DNA of 64,000 nt, taken from assembly GCA_965228855.1 (NCBI GenBank), contig CBDDIJ010000003.1:2944001-3008000 (forward strand), read 5' to 3'. The translations under genes were made by a program, and so were the position numbers. Under the pieces are notes generated by a model. It worked only from the letters and a program-made list of their open reading frames with translations, was not told where the DNA came from and did not search any database. This stretch comes from Candidatus Obscuribacterales bacterium. GTDB lineage: Bacteria; Cyanobacteriota; Vampirovibrionia; Obscuribacterales; Obscuribacteraceae. Of this stretch, positions 49,137 to 59,718 are shown piece by piece. The stretch's first letter is position 1; each line of letters opens with the position of its first letter.

Positions 49137-50129
49137 GTGACCGATAACATAGAGCAATCAATCCACGCAATTCGTATTGAACAATATGGCGGACCGGAAG
49201 TGCTGCAATTCAAGCAGATTTCTTTGCCCGCTCCTGCACCCGGACAAGCGCGCGTTCGCCTCCATGCAGCAGGACTGAACTTCATCGACATTTACCGCCG
49301 TCGCGGTGATTATCCGACCGATTTGCCGATCACTCCCGGTCTAGAAGGAAGCGGCATAGTCGAAGCAATTGGCGAAGGAGTGACAGAGGTCTCGATAGGT
49401 GACCGGGTTGCGTACACAGGACAACCAGGCGCATACGCGGAAGCTGCAATCGTTGCAGCGTCAAGCCTCCTGCCCATTCCGGACTCAATGTCATTCACCG
49501 ACGCAGCTGCATTTCCCCTTCAAGGAATGACGGCGCACTATTTGATCAACGAGTACAACAAACCAAAACCAGACATGGTTGTGTTGATTCACGCCGCTGC
49601 AGGCGGAATGGGTCTTCTTCTCTGCCAATGGGCGAAACATTTGAAGGCAAAAGTTATTGGAACCGTTTCCACCAAGGAGAAAGCTGAACTGGCGCTGCAA
49701 GCGGGTTGCGACCATGTCATCAATTACAGTGAACAAGATTTTGTCACTGAAGTGAAACGCATTACCGGCAACAGCGGAGCTGAACTGATTATCGACGGCG
49801 TTGGCAAAGACACTTTTCCCGGAGATCTGGAGGCTGTATCTTTGCGTGGAACGATAGTGGTTTTCGGCTCTGCTAGCGGAAGAATCGAACCTATCAGCCC
49901 AAACGTTTTACAACAAAAATCAGTAAGACTCTGCGGCGGCAGTTTGTTTAATTACTTGTTGGACAGAGACGAGCTGCTCATGCGGTCTCAGGACGTCACA
50001 CATGGTATACAGGCTGGTTGGTTGAAACTCAACGTCAATCACGAGTTTCAACTAAGAGACGCAGCCGACGCTCAGAAACTTCTCGAAAGTAGACGCTCAA
50101 CAGGCAAGATAGTTTTGACGATCAACTAA
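49137..50129 (+). CDS. qor: NADPH:quinone oxidoreductase (zeta-crystallin/MDR family)
   Basis: YGGPEVL, GLNFID.Y.R.G.YP, PG.EGSG, LQGMTAHYL, LIHAAAGGMG, DGVGKDTF and RRSTGKIVL. Confidence 0.92.
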   Translation: MTDNIEQSIHAIRIEQYGGPEVLQFKQISLPAPAPGQARVRLHAAGLNFIDIYRRRGDYPTDLPITPGLEGSGIVEAIGEGVTEVSIGDRVAYTGQPGAYAEAAIVAASSLLPIPDSMSFTDAAAFPLQGMTAHYLINEYNKPKPDMVVLIHAAAGGMGLLLCQWAKHLKAKVIGTVSTKEKAELALQAGCDHVINYSEQDFVTEVKRITGNSGAELIIDGVGKDTFPGDLEAVSLRGTIVVFGSASGRIEPISPNVLQQKSVRLCGGSLFNYLLDRDELLMRSQDVTHGIQAGWLKLNVNHEFQLRDAADAQKLLESRRSTGKIVLTIN

Positions 50130-50514
50130 TCCCCGAGCGCAAGGCCGCGATCACATTTACTCTTTGCTTCCAGCTAGCAACGCTAAAAGCAGCAGGCTGT
50201 AGCAAATTTGATATCGGACAAATGTGTTTCTGAACTTTAGTAAGCATGCCGTAAAAGCTTGCGAGAGAACCGTTTCAAAAACTTCCTTGCAAATGCCCGT
50301 CAGATTTCATCTTTGTTGCATGGACGCATTAACTATATTTCGGATACGATTTGTCCTGCCATTCAGCTAGCTGTCGGTTAGGAGTGGCAGGCGTTCTCGG
50401 AAATAACTGCTTTTTCAAAAGCAGGGGAAACCGCTAACACACGTGAATCCAGACGAACAGAGGTCGACGCCGACCTTGTGCGTCTGTCTTGGCATGCCTT
50501 GGAGGACAAGCATT

Positions 50515-53500
50515 ATGGTTAAACAGTCGGGAATCAAACTCGCTGCGGATTTATTACTTACAAGAGTGCTGCCGGTCACAGCAGGTACCTGCCTCCTTGT
50601 TTCAGCCGCACCTTGCGAAGCTAGAGATGATGCAGCAAGAGAATTGCGGCACGCCCGCCATGAGGCTCGCCTGGCGAGGATGCAAGCGCTCGTTCCTCCA
50701 CTGCAGAACAGTCTCAACCCTGCCTTTAATCAGCAAATTCCCCGCAACACCACCGGCATTGAAACAAGACGATTTGACCTCGATCTTTCATCGGCTCAAA
50801 GAAATATTCAGCTCGGCAGCAAGCTATTCGATGGGGTCTCCAATGTAACCATCAATGTTAACGGCACAAATCAAACTTATGGTGCGGGCGACCACGTAAC
50901 TGCAGCCGAGTACATTGCGGTTCAGCAAATGCTGTCGCAAAATCAGCAAGAGTTGAGCGTGGGTGCCGGAGGCACCGCCACTGGTGGCTCATTCGATTTG
51001 AATCAACCGGGTGGAACAAGAATCAACAACCTGGTGGTCCCCCAGAACGTTTCAGCAGTTAACAATTTTTCCAGTAACCGCTCCGTCAACCTCTCCGGCG
51101 ACCTGACCAACCTCGGTTCGATTTACGGATTGTCTACAAGCAACAAGGTGAGATCCGGAGTAATCTCGGCGGACGATATCAATAACAGTGGAATTATCTC
51201 CACGGACCTCACCGGAAGCGCATTTGCCGGACAACAAGGTCTGGCCAAGCACGTCGACCTTACGGTATTAGCCGAGCACGATCTGAACAACTCCGGCTCG
51301 ATTTCAAGCAGCGGAGCTCTGAATGTCGCCACTATATCTGGTGCTATCTCGAACAGTGGAAGCATATCCGCACAGCAAGGAGATTTGAACGTTTTCGTAG
51401 GAAACGGCAGCTTGAATAACAGCGGAAGTATTGACGCCGCGAATGGCAACCTGAACATCGCCACCACAACGCTTGCCTCAGACCTGGTGATAAACGGAGC
51501 CGGTGGTAATTTCTCCGCTTTGAGAGGAGACATAAACATCCGGGACGAGTTCTACACAGAGTTGAACAACACCACGATGTTGGGCGGCACATATAGCTCG
51601 AAAGACTTGAACGTCACCGGAGGTGGTGGCACGATCACGACCTACGTCGATGAGATCACCGGTAAACTGAACACAACCGGACTAGCTGCACACGTCACTA
51701 CGAACGACGGCACCCTCGTTCTCGGCAACAATTGCCTGACAGGTGATCCAACTTTCGCCAATGCAGCCGGCGACATTATCATAAATGGTGCGGTGATCGC
51801 ACGCGAGGATATTACTATTCTTGCGTCCGGCAACATCATCGCTACTGGTAACGCATACATCAGCACAGCAAACTCGACCGGCGCTACTGCAACACCGAGC
51901 ACGAATGTCACACTCGTGGCAGGAGCGGTAATCACGCTAGCAGGAGGTGGAGTCAGCACGCCGAGTGTGCCTACACCCGGCAATGCTATCCCGACAGGCG
52001 CCACAGCGACTGTGAATTTCACAGGCGGAACAGGTGGCAATATCGACTTTTCAGGAAGTAAATATTTGGGTTATTTGATCGACACTAGTTCCAACTTGAG
52101 CGCTAATGGAGGGGGCAGCAATCAGCAGGACAATGGCGGCAACGTTGTTCTCACAGCATTTTCAACCAACACTGACAACGGCTTCATCATATTCCCCGAA
52201 GCTAGACCGTCTATCAACACATCGAGTACCTTTGCGAACTCTGGAAACGTAACTATCATTGGCGGAAACAGCGCCGCTTCTGCTAAATCTCCAGCAATCA
52301 AGCTCGGAATCATCAAGACCGCAGTGAACCCTGTCCAAGGGAACAACAGCGGAGACGTTCTAATAATGGCGGCGCAACCAGAAACTGTCGGTGCTTCAAT
52401 CACATTCAACTCCGCCGGTGCAATAAGCGCAGGCAGCTTCGAAACAACACCCGCCAACCTGACATTTTCCGGAAGCTCGATACTCTTTACCGGTTCCGTA
52501 CTGGCTAGCGACGGTGATATCACAGCCATCGCGACTGGTGGCACAGGAGGGTTGAGTCAAAAAGGTTCAGGTCGTCTGCAGGGACAAACAGTCACACTCA
52601 CCTCTGGAACCGGCGGAATCGGCGCGGGCTCGGCCAAGAAGTCGACCAGACTTCTCACAGAAGCCAATGTGCTCGTGATGAATTCCGGAAGCAACATCTT
52701 CATTAACAATCTGGGATCCGTAAACATCGGAAACGCCGGTACGCCCGGTGCCCGCGCAGGAAACCTGGGTATCATCGATATCAGCACAACCCCAGATGGG
52801 GACGGCGATGGAGCAATCTCCGTTCCGAACGACGGAGTAATTCAAGCCAGCTCCGGTCTACTTTCGGTAATCAATCTGACTTCCTCTGGTGTGATCGGTG
52901 GCAACGCAAACATTACGACCAACAACAACGCGCTTCTTGTTGCGACAACCGTCAATCTGGCGACTGTTAACAGTGCAGACGGCGTGAAAGGTCTCGGTTT
53001 CGGCAACATTGGGACAAACAGTGGCAACGGTAGTATCAACGTTGATGCCCAATTTTTGAGCGCCAACACGCAAGGAGACGTGTTCGTTCACTCGAATGGC
53101 GGAGAGATAACAATCCTCGACTCATCGGCAGGAAATCTGCAAACATTCGACGTAAGAACAACCCCCGATGCGGGAACAGGCAACGGATCGATCACAATCG
53201 CCGGCACCATAGCGTCGGCATTCGGCAGAATTGGAACGCTTCTTCTGGCGTCCTCAGAAAATGGCGCCGGGACTGGTGGCATTATCCCTGGTGGCACCCT
53301 GGTCGCCCAGGATGTTGTGCTTCGTGACGACGACAACGTAGGTAATGCTGGACTTGGCACAGCAAGCATCGGCACAGCTGATAGCCCGATTGTAATAAAC
53401 GCTTCCACACTTGATGTGAGAACACTTGGTGCAGAGATTGATATCCAAAACCTCAGTAAAACTGGTCTAGACGTTACAAGGATCAACTCTAACGCAAACA

Positions 53501-55686
53501 GATCAGGTTCCTTCACCTTGAGTTCAGCCAGCACCGTACACCTCAGCGGCGACGTCTTCGTTATCAATTCGGCTTCAGTAACCGCGACCGGCGCAGGACA
53601 CATAATTGTTAACGGGGATATAGACCTGAACGGCACCACACCGGTGGCGATCCTGACAACTTCATCGGGCAGCATCACTGGTAGTGGCGCTATCGTGGAC
53701 AACGGCGTTGGCGCTCTGGCAGTCACGTTCACCACGTCAGGCGGTGGAGTAGGTACCGACACAATTCCGTTAGAAACAGAGGCGGCGACAATCACGTCCA
53801 ATGCCACCGGCTCGACTTACATCTACAACTCAGCAACCACACCGGTTTCTCTCGTTTCAGCCCTATCGAAAGGCACGTTCGAGTTGGCTGCTGATGGAGC
53901 GATCAACGTCAATGCCCCGATTCTGACTGCAACAAGCGTCAAGCTCAGCACGACCGGCGCTGATGCTATCACGCTAAACCAATCGGTCGGCAGCGCGAAA
54001 GCAACGAATTACGTTGACATAGCAATTAGCGGAAACGCGGCCATCACTCAAGCGACTAACGTGATCTTAGGCGCCAAAGTTCTCGTGTCACTCTCCACCG
54101 GTGGTGGCAACATCGGAACGAGCAATGTGGCACCAATAGTCGTTTCCACTCCCGGTCTGTCGGCGAACACAGACAACGGAGGCAACGTCAACATCAGCGC
54201 ATTGCCATCGAAGAAAGTTCCGTTGACTCTATTCAACTCCGGTTCGGACGGAGATTTTAGCCTTAACGCGCAAAGCTCTGTTCTCTTGAATAACATACAA
54301 ACGGTAGACGGCTCGATTAGCGTTGTGACGACGACTGGAACACTTTCAACAAACACTAACTCCATCATTCAGGTCGGCGAGAACGCAGCGAATAGAACAG
54401 CCGGAGCGGAGTCGATTCTTCTACAAACTCTAGGCACGAAGAAGAGCGGCATCGTAATCGGACAAGGTACAACGATTGCTACCTTCTCAGCTGGCAAATC
54501 AGCAGCCGGGGCAGGTGATATCAGCCTGATAGTAGGTCCGACGATATCGCAGATTGCAGGTCCGACCCCAGCCAACGTGACTGTCAACACTACGGGTACT
54601 GGCAGCGTGTTCTATGGCACGAACGGCATAACCGCACTCGCGCCCAACAACACTCTGAACGCCTTAAACGCGAATATAACGTTCAGCACAGGGACACTCC
54701 CGTCCACGGCCATCACGCTAGGCGGAAACGTCACAATCACGGCTGATCCTCCTTACACGACACCGATAGTGACGCAGTCACCAGTTGTAGCGTCAGAGGA
54801 CAAATCAGCCGGTTCACGAACGCTTCCGCTATCGGTAGGCAGCATGAGTCCAGAAGCGAGTGCTGTCGCGTTTCAACCGACAATGTTTTCAATTCCGGGA
54901 AATTTATCGACAGCTAGCTTCGCTGCTGACGGTAATCTCAACGGTTTGCAAACGCGACCAGATTACTCGAATCTGGTGACGGCTCTCAACAACGTTGATA
55001 GCGCAATGAGTTTTGCATCAGCACTCCAAGCCAGTGCAATGACCATGGACAGCGTTCACGCGGGTCTACAGCCAGGTTACATCAGTGAAACCGAATTAGC
55101 GGGCGGCGAAGTCCCCGGCACCGTATACGGTGCAGAGTCGGATAGTCAGAATGGAACAGCGAAGGAAACGGTGGTCTCAAGAGGCACGGTTCTCTTCGCT
55201 CCACCAAGCGACACTCTTGTCACCACCCCGGTTGGCAAGATCCGCATCGGAGAGAAGTCTGTAGCTTTAGTGATGGCATATGCAAACGGAGTCGCGGTCT
55301 ACGATCTCGACGACGTTCGCAAGGGGTCAATAGAGGTTGCAGTCGCGGGCAAATCCATAAGACTGTCGCCCGGTCAGCATGTATTTATCACCAGCGAGTC
55401 CGTGAGAAGCTTCGATGAAGTAAATCCCGCGCAAATGATTGGTTATCGCGGAATCACCAGTCAGAACCTTGGTTTCGGTCTGAAGGCGTTCTCAGCTGAA
55501 TTTTGTATTCCACACGCAATTAATGCCGTGAGACCGCTCAAAGCTTTGATTCGGTCGAAGCATCCAAACTCGAAAAAGATTTCGAATCACATGCTTAAGA
55601 CCGCAGCTGTTCTCATGCAACTACGTGCCAACAATGGAGAGTTCCAACAGGTGTTTCGACCAAGCAGAACAGCGTGGGTGAAATAG
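50515..55686 (+). CDS. Large (~1720 aa) secreted beta-strand repeat protein, paralogue of 33408-46016
   Basis: GGAGG RBS before ATG 50515; signal peptide ending AAPCEA; shares LDLSSAQ.NI.LG.KLF, VTAAEY, TGDP, NVTITADPP and the C-terminal AVYDL.D...LSPG.H...EFQQ domain. Confidence 0.88.
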   Translation: MVKQSGIKLAADLLLTRVLPVTAGTCLLVSAAPCEARDDAARELRHARHEARLARMQALVPPLQNSLNPAFNQQIPRNTTGIETRRFDLDLSSAQRNIQLGSKLFDGVSNVTINVNGTNQTYGAGDHVTAAEYIAVQQMLSQNQQELSVGAGGTATGGSFDLNQPGGTRINNLVVPQNVSAVNNFSSNRSVNLSGDLTNLGSIYGLSTSNKVRSGVISADDINNSGIISTDLTGSAFAGQQGLAKHVDLTVLAEHDLNNSGSISSSGALNVATISGAISNSGSISAQQGDLNVFVGNGSLNNSGSIDAANGNLNIATTTLASDLVINGAGGNFSALRGDINIRDEFYTELNNTTMLGGTYSSKDLNVTGGGGTITTYVDEITGKLNTTGLAAHVTTNDGTLVLGNNCLTGDPTFANAAGDIIINGAVIAREDITILASGNIIATGNAYISTANSTGATATPSTNVTLVAGAVITLAGGGVSTPSVPTPGNAIPTGATATVNFTGGTGGNIDFSGSKYLGYLIDTSSNLSANGGGSNQQDNGGNVVLTAFSTNTDNGFIIFPEARPSINTSSTFANSGNVTIIGGNSAASAKSPAIKLGIIKTAVNPVQGNNSGDVLIMAAQPETVGASITFNSAGAISAGSFETTPANLTFSGSSILFTGSVLASDGDITAIATGGTGGLSQKGSGRLQGQTVTLTSGTGGIGAGSAKKSTRLLTEANVLVMNSGSNIFINNLGSVNIGNAGTPGARAGNLGIIDISTTPDGDGDGAISVPNDGVIQASSGLLSVINLTSSGVIGGNANITTNNNALLVATTVNLATVNSADGVKGLGFGNIGTNSGNGSINVDAQFLSANTQGDVFVHSNGGEITILDSSAGNLQTFDVRTTPDAGTGNGSITIAGTIASAFGRIGTLLLASSENGAGTGGIIPGGTLVAQDVVLRDDDNVGNAGLGTASIGTADSPIVINASTLDVRTLGAEIDIQNLSKTGLDVTRINSNANRSGSFTLSSASTVHLSGDVFVINSASVTATGAGHIIVNGDIDLNGTTPVAILTTSSGSITGSGAIVDNGVGALAVTFTTSGGGVGTDTIPLETEAATITSNATGSTYIYNSATTPVSLVSALSKGTFELAADGAINVNAPILTATSVKLSTTGADAITLNQSVGSAKATNYVDIAISGNAAITQATNVILGAKVLVSLSTGGGNIGTSNVAPIVVSTPGLSANTDNGGNVNISALPSKKVPLTLFNSGSDGDFSLNAQSSVLLNNIQTVDGSISVVTTTGTLSTNTNSIIQVGENAANRTAGAESILLQTLGTKKSGIVIGQGTTIATFSAGKSAAGAGDISLIVGPTISQIAGPTPANVTVNTTGTGSVFYGTNGITALAPNNTLNALNANITFSTGTLPSTAITLGGNVTITADPPYTTPIVTQSPVVASEDKSAGSRTLPLSVGSMSPEASAVAFQPTMFSIPGNLSTASFAADGNLNGLQTRPDYSNLVTALNNVDSAMSFASALQASAMTMDSVHAGLQPGYISETELAGGEVPGTVYGAESDSQNGTAKETVVSRGTVLFAPPSDTLVTTPVGKIRIGEKSVALVMAYANGVAVYDLDDVRKGSIEVAVAGKSIRLSPGQHVFITSESVRSFDEVNPAQMIGYRGITSQNLGFGLKAFSAEFCIPHAINAVRPLKALIRSKHPNSKKISNHMLKTAAVLMQLRANNGEFQQVFRPSRTAWVK

Positions 55687-55713
55687 TACGGGCGCGGCCA
55701 TTTGACCAATTCG

Positions 55714-55744
55714 AGAGCCGGCCATTGGGCTGGCTCTTTCTTTT
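55714..55744 (+). terminator. Intrinsic terminator
   Basis: agagccggcc-attg-ggctggctct stem-loop followed by ttctttt. Confidence 0.7.
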
Positions 55745-55857
55745 GAACGAACGCGAGGCGTTACAACATCAATAGGCTTCCAACTCGTGACATCCAACGA
55801 CCGAGCGGTGACATACTACAATTAGACGTCTTTGGTCGCGAGTTGATGGAGCCATAC

Positions 55858-56691
55858 ATGCTTAAAGGTAAAAAACTGGGTGTTATTGGGGTCGGAAAAC
55901 TCGGGGAAGCTTTGATTTCGGGATTGTTGAAACAAGGCGCGCTCACGACCGACGACATTACAGGTTCCGTCGCCCACGCAGCATCGGCGGAACGAGTCAG
56001 CAAGAAGCTCGGAATCGAGGTTTCTCAGGACAACCGCAAAGTTGCGAGTGGAGCAGATCTGCTGATACTGGCCGTCAAACCGCAAAACATGCACAGCGTT
56101 CTGGTGGAAATCGAAGATGTTTTAACACCGGACCAGCTCGTGATCTCCGTTGCAGCATCGGTAACAACCACTTTTGTGCAAAAACGATTGAAGAAACAAA
56201 TCCCGATCATCCGCGCGATGCCGAACACGCCGGCAGTGATCAACGCCGGCATGACAGGGCTCTGCGGCGGCTTACACGCTAAAGACGAGCATCTCAAGAT
56301 GGCCGAATCGATTTTCAAGTGCGTCGGCGAAGCGGTTTTCGTTGACGAAAGCCTGATGGATGGAGTCACGGCGTTGTCGGCAAGCGGACCAGCATATCTT
56401 TACGTCATAATAGAATCGCTGGCGGAGGCCGGCGTGAAGCTCGGAATTCCGCGTGACACTTCGACATTCCTTGCCGCCCAGACGATGTATGGCGCCGCCC
56501 GCATGGTTCTCGAATCAAAAGCACATCCCGCGCTACTGAAAGATACGGTGACAACCCCAGCCGGTTGCACTATCGATGGTCTGATGGAACTCGAAGAAGG
56601 GAAGTTGCGCGTAACCCTGATTAAAGCCGTCGTCAAGGCGGCTGAGCGGGCACGGGAACTGGTAAACAACCAGGACTCGGCGGATTCGTAG
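55858..56691 (+). CDS. proC: Pyrroline-5-carboxylate reductase
   Basis: IGVGKLG, LAVKPQ, RAMPNTP, TALSASGPAY and LKDTVTTPAGCT. The ORF is open from 55843. Confidence 0.95.
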   Translation: MLKGKKLGVIGVGKLGEALISGLLKQGALTTDDITGSVAHAASAERVSKKLGIEVSQDNRKVASGADLLILAVKPQNMHSVLVEIEDVLTPDQLVISVAASVTTTFVQKRLKKQIPIIRAMPNTPAVINAGMTGLCGGLHAKDEHLKMAESIFKCVGEAVFVDESLMDGVTALSASGPAYLYVIIESLAEAGVKLGIPRDTSTFLAAQTMYGAARMVLESKAHPALLKDTVTTPAGCTIDGLMELEEGKLRVTLIKAVVKAAERARELVNNQDSADS

Positions 56692-56825
56692 AACGTTCCG
56701 AAGGCTGAATCCGCCAGACCTGAAGGGTAAAGCGTTCGAAATTTAATCGGACTTAATTCTACTGTCGCCTAATTTCTTGAGCCTGATAGTTATCCCTTTG
56801 TGTATCGGCAAGAGGAAAAAAAATC

Positions 56826-57110
56826 ATGCGCGCCAGTGTCAAAGCAGCTCTGTTAATCGGATTTCTCGCAGGCATGGCGACGATCGGCGAATACAACCTG
56901 CTTAACGCCGCGCATGCATCCACCGGTCACGCGGCAGTTAAACCAAAAACGCAGATCGCTTTCGTTCACAAAACCATTACTAAGCAAATCCCGACGACCG
57001 TAAGAGACGACGACTATGACTCATATGTCGATTCGCTCAATGCAATCGAAGAAGACCCCGAACACGCCCAGGCCAAGATGATTACGGCTTCCTACGAGAT
57101 CAATAATTAG
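56826..57110 (+). CDS. Small hypothetical exported or membrane protein
   Basis: GAGG RBS, hydrophobic N-terminus, followed by a terminator. Confidence 0.65.
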   Translation: MRASVKAALLIGFLAGMATIGEYNLLNAAHASTGHAAVKPKTQIAFVHKTITKQIPTTVRDDDYDSYVDSLNAIEEDPEHAQAKMITASYEINN

Positions 57111-57136
57111 TTTCAAAAAGTTTTCCGAGCGAAGAC

Positions 57137-57172
57137 AAAAGAACCGGTTTTAATCGCCGGTTCTTTTCTTTT
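57137..57172. terminator. Bidirectional intrinsic terminator
   Basis: aaaagaaccgg / ccggttctttt stem between convergent genes. Confidence 0.8.
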
Positions 57173-57199
57173 AAGGTAAACAGCTGCGACGGCCGCTTC

Positions 57200-58126
57200 C
57201 TATGTTTCCACCTTGCAATCGGTCAAACACTCTTCTAACTTCTTGATACCATCGGCGGTGAGCTTCGTGCCCTTCACGGATAATTTCTTCAGCCCGACCA
57301 GACCCTTCAAGTCTTCCACACACGAGTCATCTACTAGTGTTTCATCAAGCCAGAGCCTTTCCAACGAATCTAAACCCTTCAGATATCCGATGACGGAGCT
57401 TGTCACTTTCGTGTTCGATAAATCCAGCTCTCTCAGGTCGGTAAGGCGCTGAAGATGCGCAACTTCCCAATCTCTAATCGCGGAGGCACTCAAATCTACG
57501 GAGTACAAACTATCTTGTGGGATCATTGAGACGAAAGACAAGTCAACGTCTTTTCCGCGTTTTACTTCGAGCTGAACACGTTTGCCGGCCGGCAGTTTCA
57601 CAACACCTCGCGCAGCAGAGAGTGTTTCCCAGTACTCCGGATCATCATCTGACTCGACAAGAAACTCACCATAAGTTTTTCCGGCCGGCAACCGGATAAT
57701 GTTGGGACCATCTTCGACTTCGATGTCGTCGTCGTCGTCCTCCTCCTCTTCTTCTTCCTCTTCGTCCTCATCGTCATCACGTTGATCGAGTCTTGCCGGA
57801 TCAAATTCAGCTTGGCTCTTAGGAGGGGTCATGATCTCGATTGGCACCCGCGGTGCTGCAGGAGCCGAACCACCTGGAGCCGGATTGGGAGCGCCGGCGG
57901 CAACCAGACCACCGGTTAGTATTGCCGCAACACCAGCCTGCAGAAGCAAGCGTTTCAAATCAATTTCAAGACCTTTGGACGCATCGAGCGGAGTGGGTGG
58001 CGCAAAGATCGGCGCATATTGGATGGGAAGCCCGGTTGGTCCGGCTTCTTTCCAGGGCGGATACAGACCCATAGTCGCGATCACAACTACGCCCAATAGA
58101 AAAACAAATTTTTGTTTGCTGTTCAA
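57200..58126 (-). CDS. Membrane-anchored leucine-rich repeat protein with poly-acidic linker
   Basis: Two N-terminal hydrophobic segments, DDDEDEEEEEEEEDDDDD tract, LRRs LRELDLSNTKVT, LERLWLDETLVD and LKKLSVKGTKLT. Confidence 0.85.
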   Translation of the reverse strand: MNSKQKFVFLLGVVVIATMGLYPPWKEAGPTGLPIQYAPIFAPPTPLDASKGLEIDLKRLLLQAGVAAILTGGLVAAGAPNPAPGGSAPAAPRVPIEIMTPPKSQAEFDPARLDQRDDDEDEEEEEEEEDDDDDIEVEDGPNIIRLPAGKTYGEFLVESDDDPEYWETLSAARGVVKLPAGKRVQLEVKRGKDVDLSFVSMIPQDSLYSVDLSASAIRDWEVAHLQRLTDLRELDLSNTKVTSSVIGYLKGLDSLERLWLDETLVDDSCVEDLKGLVGLKKLSVKGTKLTADGIKKLEECLTDCKVET

Positions 58127-58281
58127 AACTTAAATAGCCTCCACGCGCAGATCTTCTCAAGTGCACAATCGCTGCGCCGGACTATCTTACACAAACGAAC
58201 CTCGAGCATAGGCTGCTAAATCAGAAATCTAAAACATTGGTATCCTTAATATCACTCCAATAGTAATCAAGAGAGGCGCAG

Positions 58282-59595
58282 ATGGCTGAGACTTTGCAAT
58301 ATCAGTCCGGGTTTGGCAATCACTTTGAAAGCGAGGCGGAGAAGGGTGCTTTGCCACTGGGGCAAAACTCACCTCAGGAAGCGCCTTTTGGCTTGTACGC
58401 CGAACAACTCAGCGGGTCGTCGTTTGTCGCACTCCGGCATGAGAACTTGCGTTCCTGGCTCTACAAAATCAGACCGTCAGTCCGACATTCGCGATTTAAA
58501 CCGGTTGCATCTCAACTGATCAAGAGCCGCCCCTTCAATGAAGTGGATGTTTCGCCTGACCAGATGCGCTGGAATCCAGTTCCGCTTCCGGAAAAACCAA
58601 CTGATTTCTTAGACGGCTTAGTTACGATTGCAGGCAACGGTGATCCAGCCAGCATCAGGGGTTCCGCAGTTCATATCTATGCGGCAAATACTTCGATGAC
58701 TGAACGTTTCTTCTACAACGCAGACGGAGACTTCCTTATCGTACCTGAGCTCGGCTCGCTGCGAGTCGCAACGGAGCTGGGCGTGCTTAACGTCAGTCCC
58801 TGGGAAATTTGCGTCATCCCCCGCGGTGTCAAATTTCAAATCGGGCTTTTAGATGCCACCGCCCGCGGTTACGTGTGCGAAAACTTCGGCCCGCCATTCA
58901 AACTTCCGCACCTGGGTCCAATCGGCGCAAATGGTTTAGCAAATCCAAGAGATTTTCTCGCTCCTGTTGCCGCCTACGAAGAGAAGAGCGGCGATTTTCA
59001 GCTGATTGCAAAATTTAGCGGAAAACTCTGGCAGGCAACGACCGATCGGTCGCCACTCGATGTAGTGGCATGGCATGGCAATTATTATCCCTACAAATAT
59101 GATCTGCGTCTGTTTAATGTCATAAACAGCGTGAGCTACGACCATCCGGACCCGTCGATTTTCACAGTCATCACATCGCCTTCAGAACTGCCCGGCGTCG
59201 CGAACGTTGACTTTGTAATTTTCCCGCCGCGCTGGATGGTAGCGGAAAAAACATTCCGCCCTCCGTACTATCATCGCAACATAATGAGTGAGTACATGGG
59301 CTTGATCGAAGGTGTTTACGACGCGAAGCTGGAGGGATTCGTGCCAGGCGGCGGCAGTCTGCACAACAGTATGTCGGCTCATGGACCGGATGCGCAAACG
59401 TTCAATAAAGCCAGCCAGGCAAACCTGGTACCGCAGCGAATCGACAACACTCTAGCTTTCATGTTTGAAAGTTCGTTGATATATACACCGACAAAATTCG
59501 CCGTCGAATCAGGTCTGCTGCAAAGCGATTATATGGACTGTTGGAACGATCTAGAATCGAAGTATTCAAGACCTGTTTCAACGAAAAACGCGTAA
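58282..59595 (+). CDS. hmgA: Homogentisate 1,2-dioxygenase
   Basis: [54 protein letters not shown] and [10 protein letters not shown]. Confidence 0.97.
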   Translation: MAETLQYQSGFGNHFESEAEKGALPLGQNSPQEAPFGLYAEQLSGSSFVALRHENLRSWLYKIRPSVRHSRFKPVASQLIKSRPFNEVDVSPDQMRWNPVPLPEKPTDFLDGLVTIAGNGDPASIRGSAVHIYAANTSMTERFFYNADGDFLIVPELGSLRVATELGVLNVSPWEICVIPRGVKFQIGLLDATARGYVCENFGPPFKLPHLGPIGANGLANPRDFLAPVAAYEEKSGDFQLIAKFSGKLWQATTDRSPLDVVAWHGNYYPYKYDLRLFNVINSVSYDHPDPSIFTVITSPSELPGVANVDFVIFPPRWMVAEKTFRPPYYHRNIMSEYMGLIEGVYDAKLEGFVPGGGSLHNSMSAHGPDAQTFNKASQANLVPQRIDNTLAFMFESSLIYTPTKFAVESGLLQSDYMDCWNDLESKYSRPVSTKNA

Positions 59596-59718
59596 TTATC
59601 TGTCGCACGAGGCATGTCTGAAATGTGATCATCAAGATCTTCATAAGAGAGCGAAGATTTTCTGTCATGTGGCATAACATAGACATCTAGTTAAATAAGG
59701 GCATTTGCGAACCGAAAA

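Noticed and set aside
50130..50514. c-di-GMP riboswitch upstream of the large repeat gene
   Set aside because: I could not find class I (GEMM) or class II consensus elements by eye; kept only as an unassigned structured leader.
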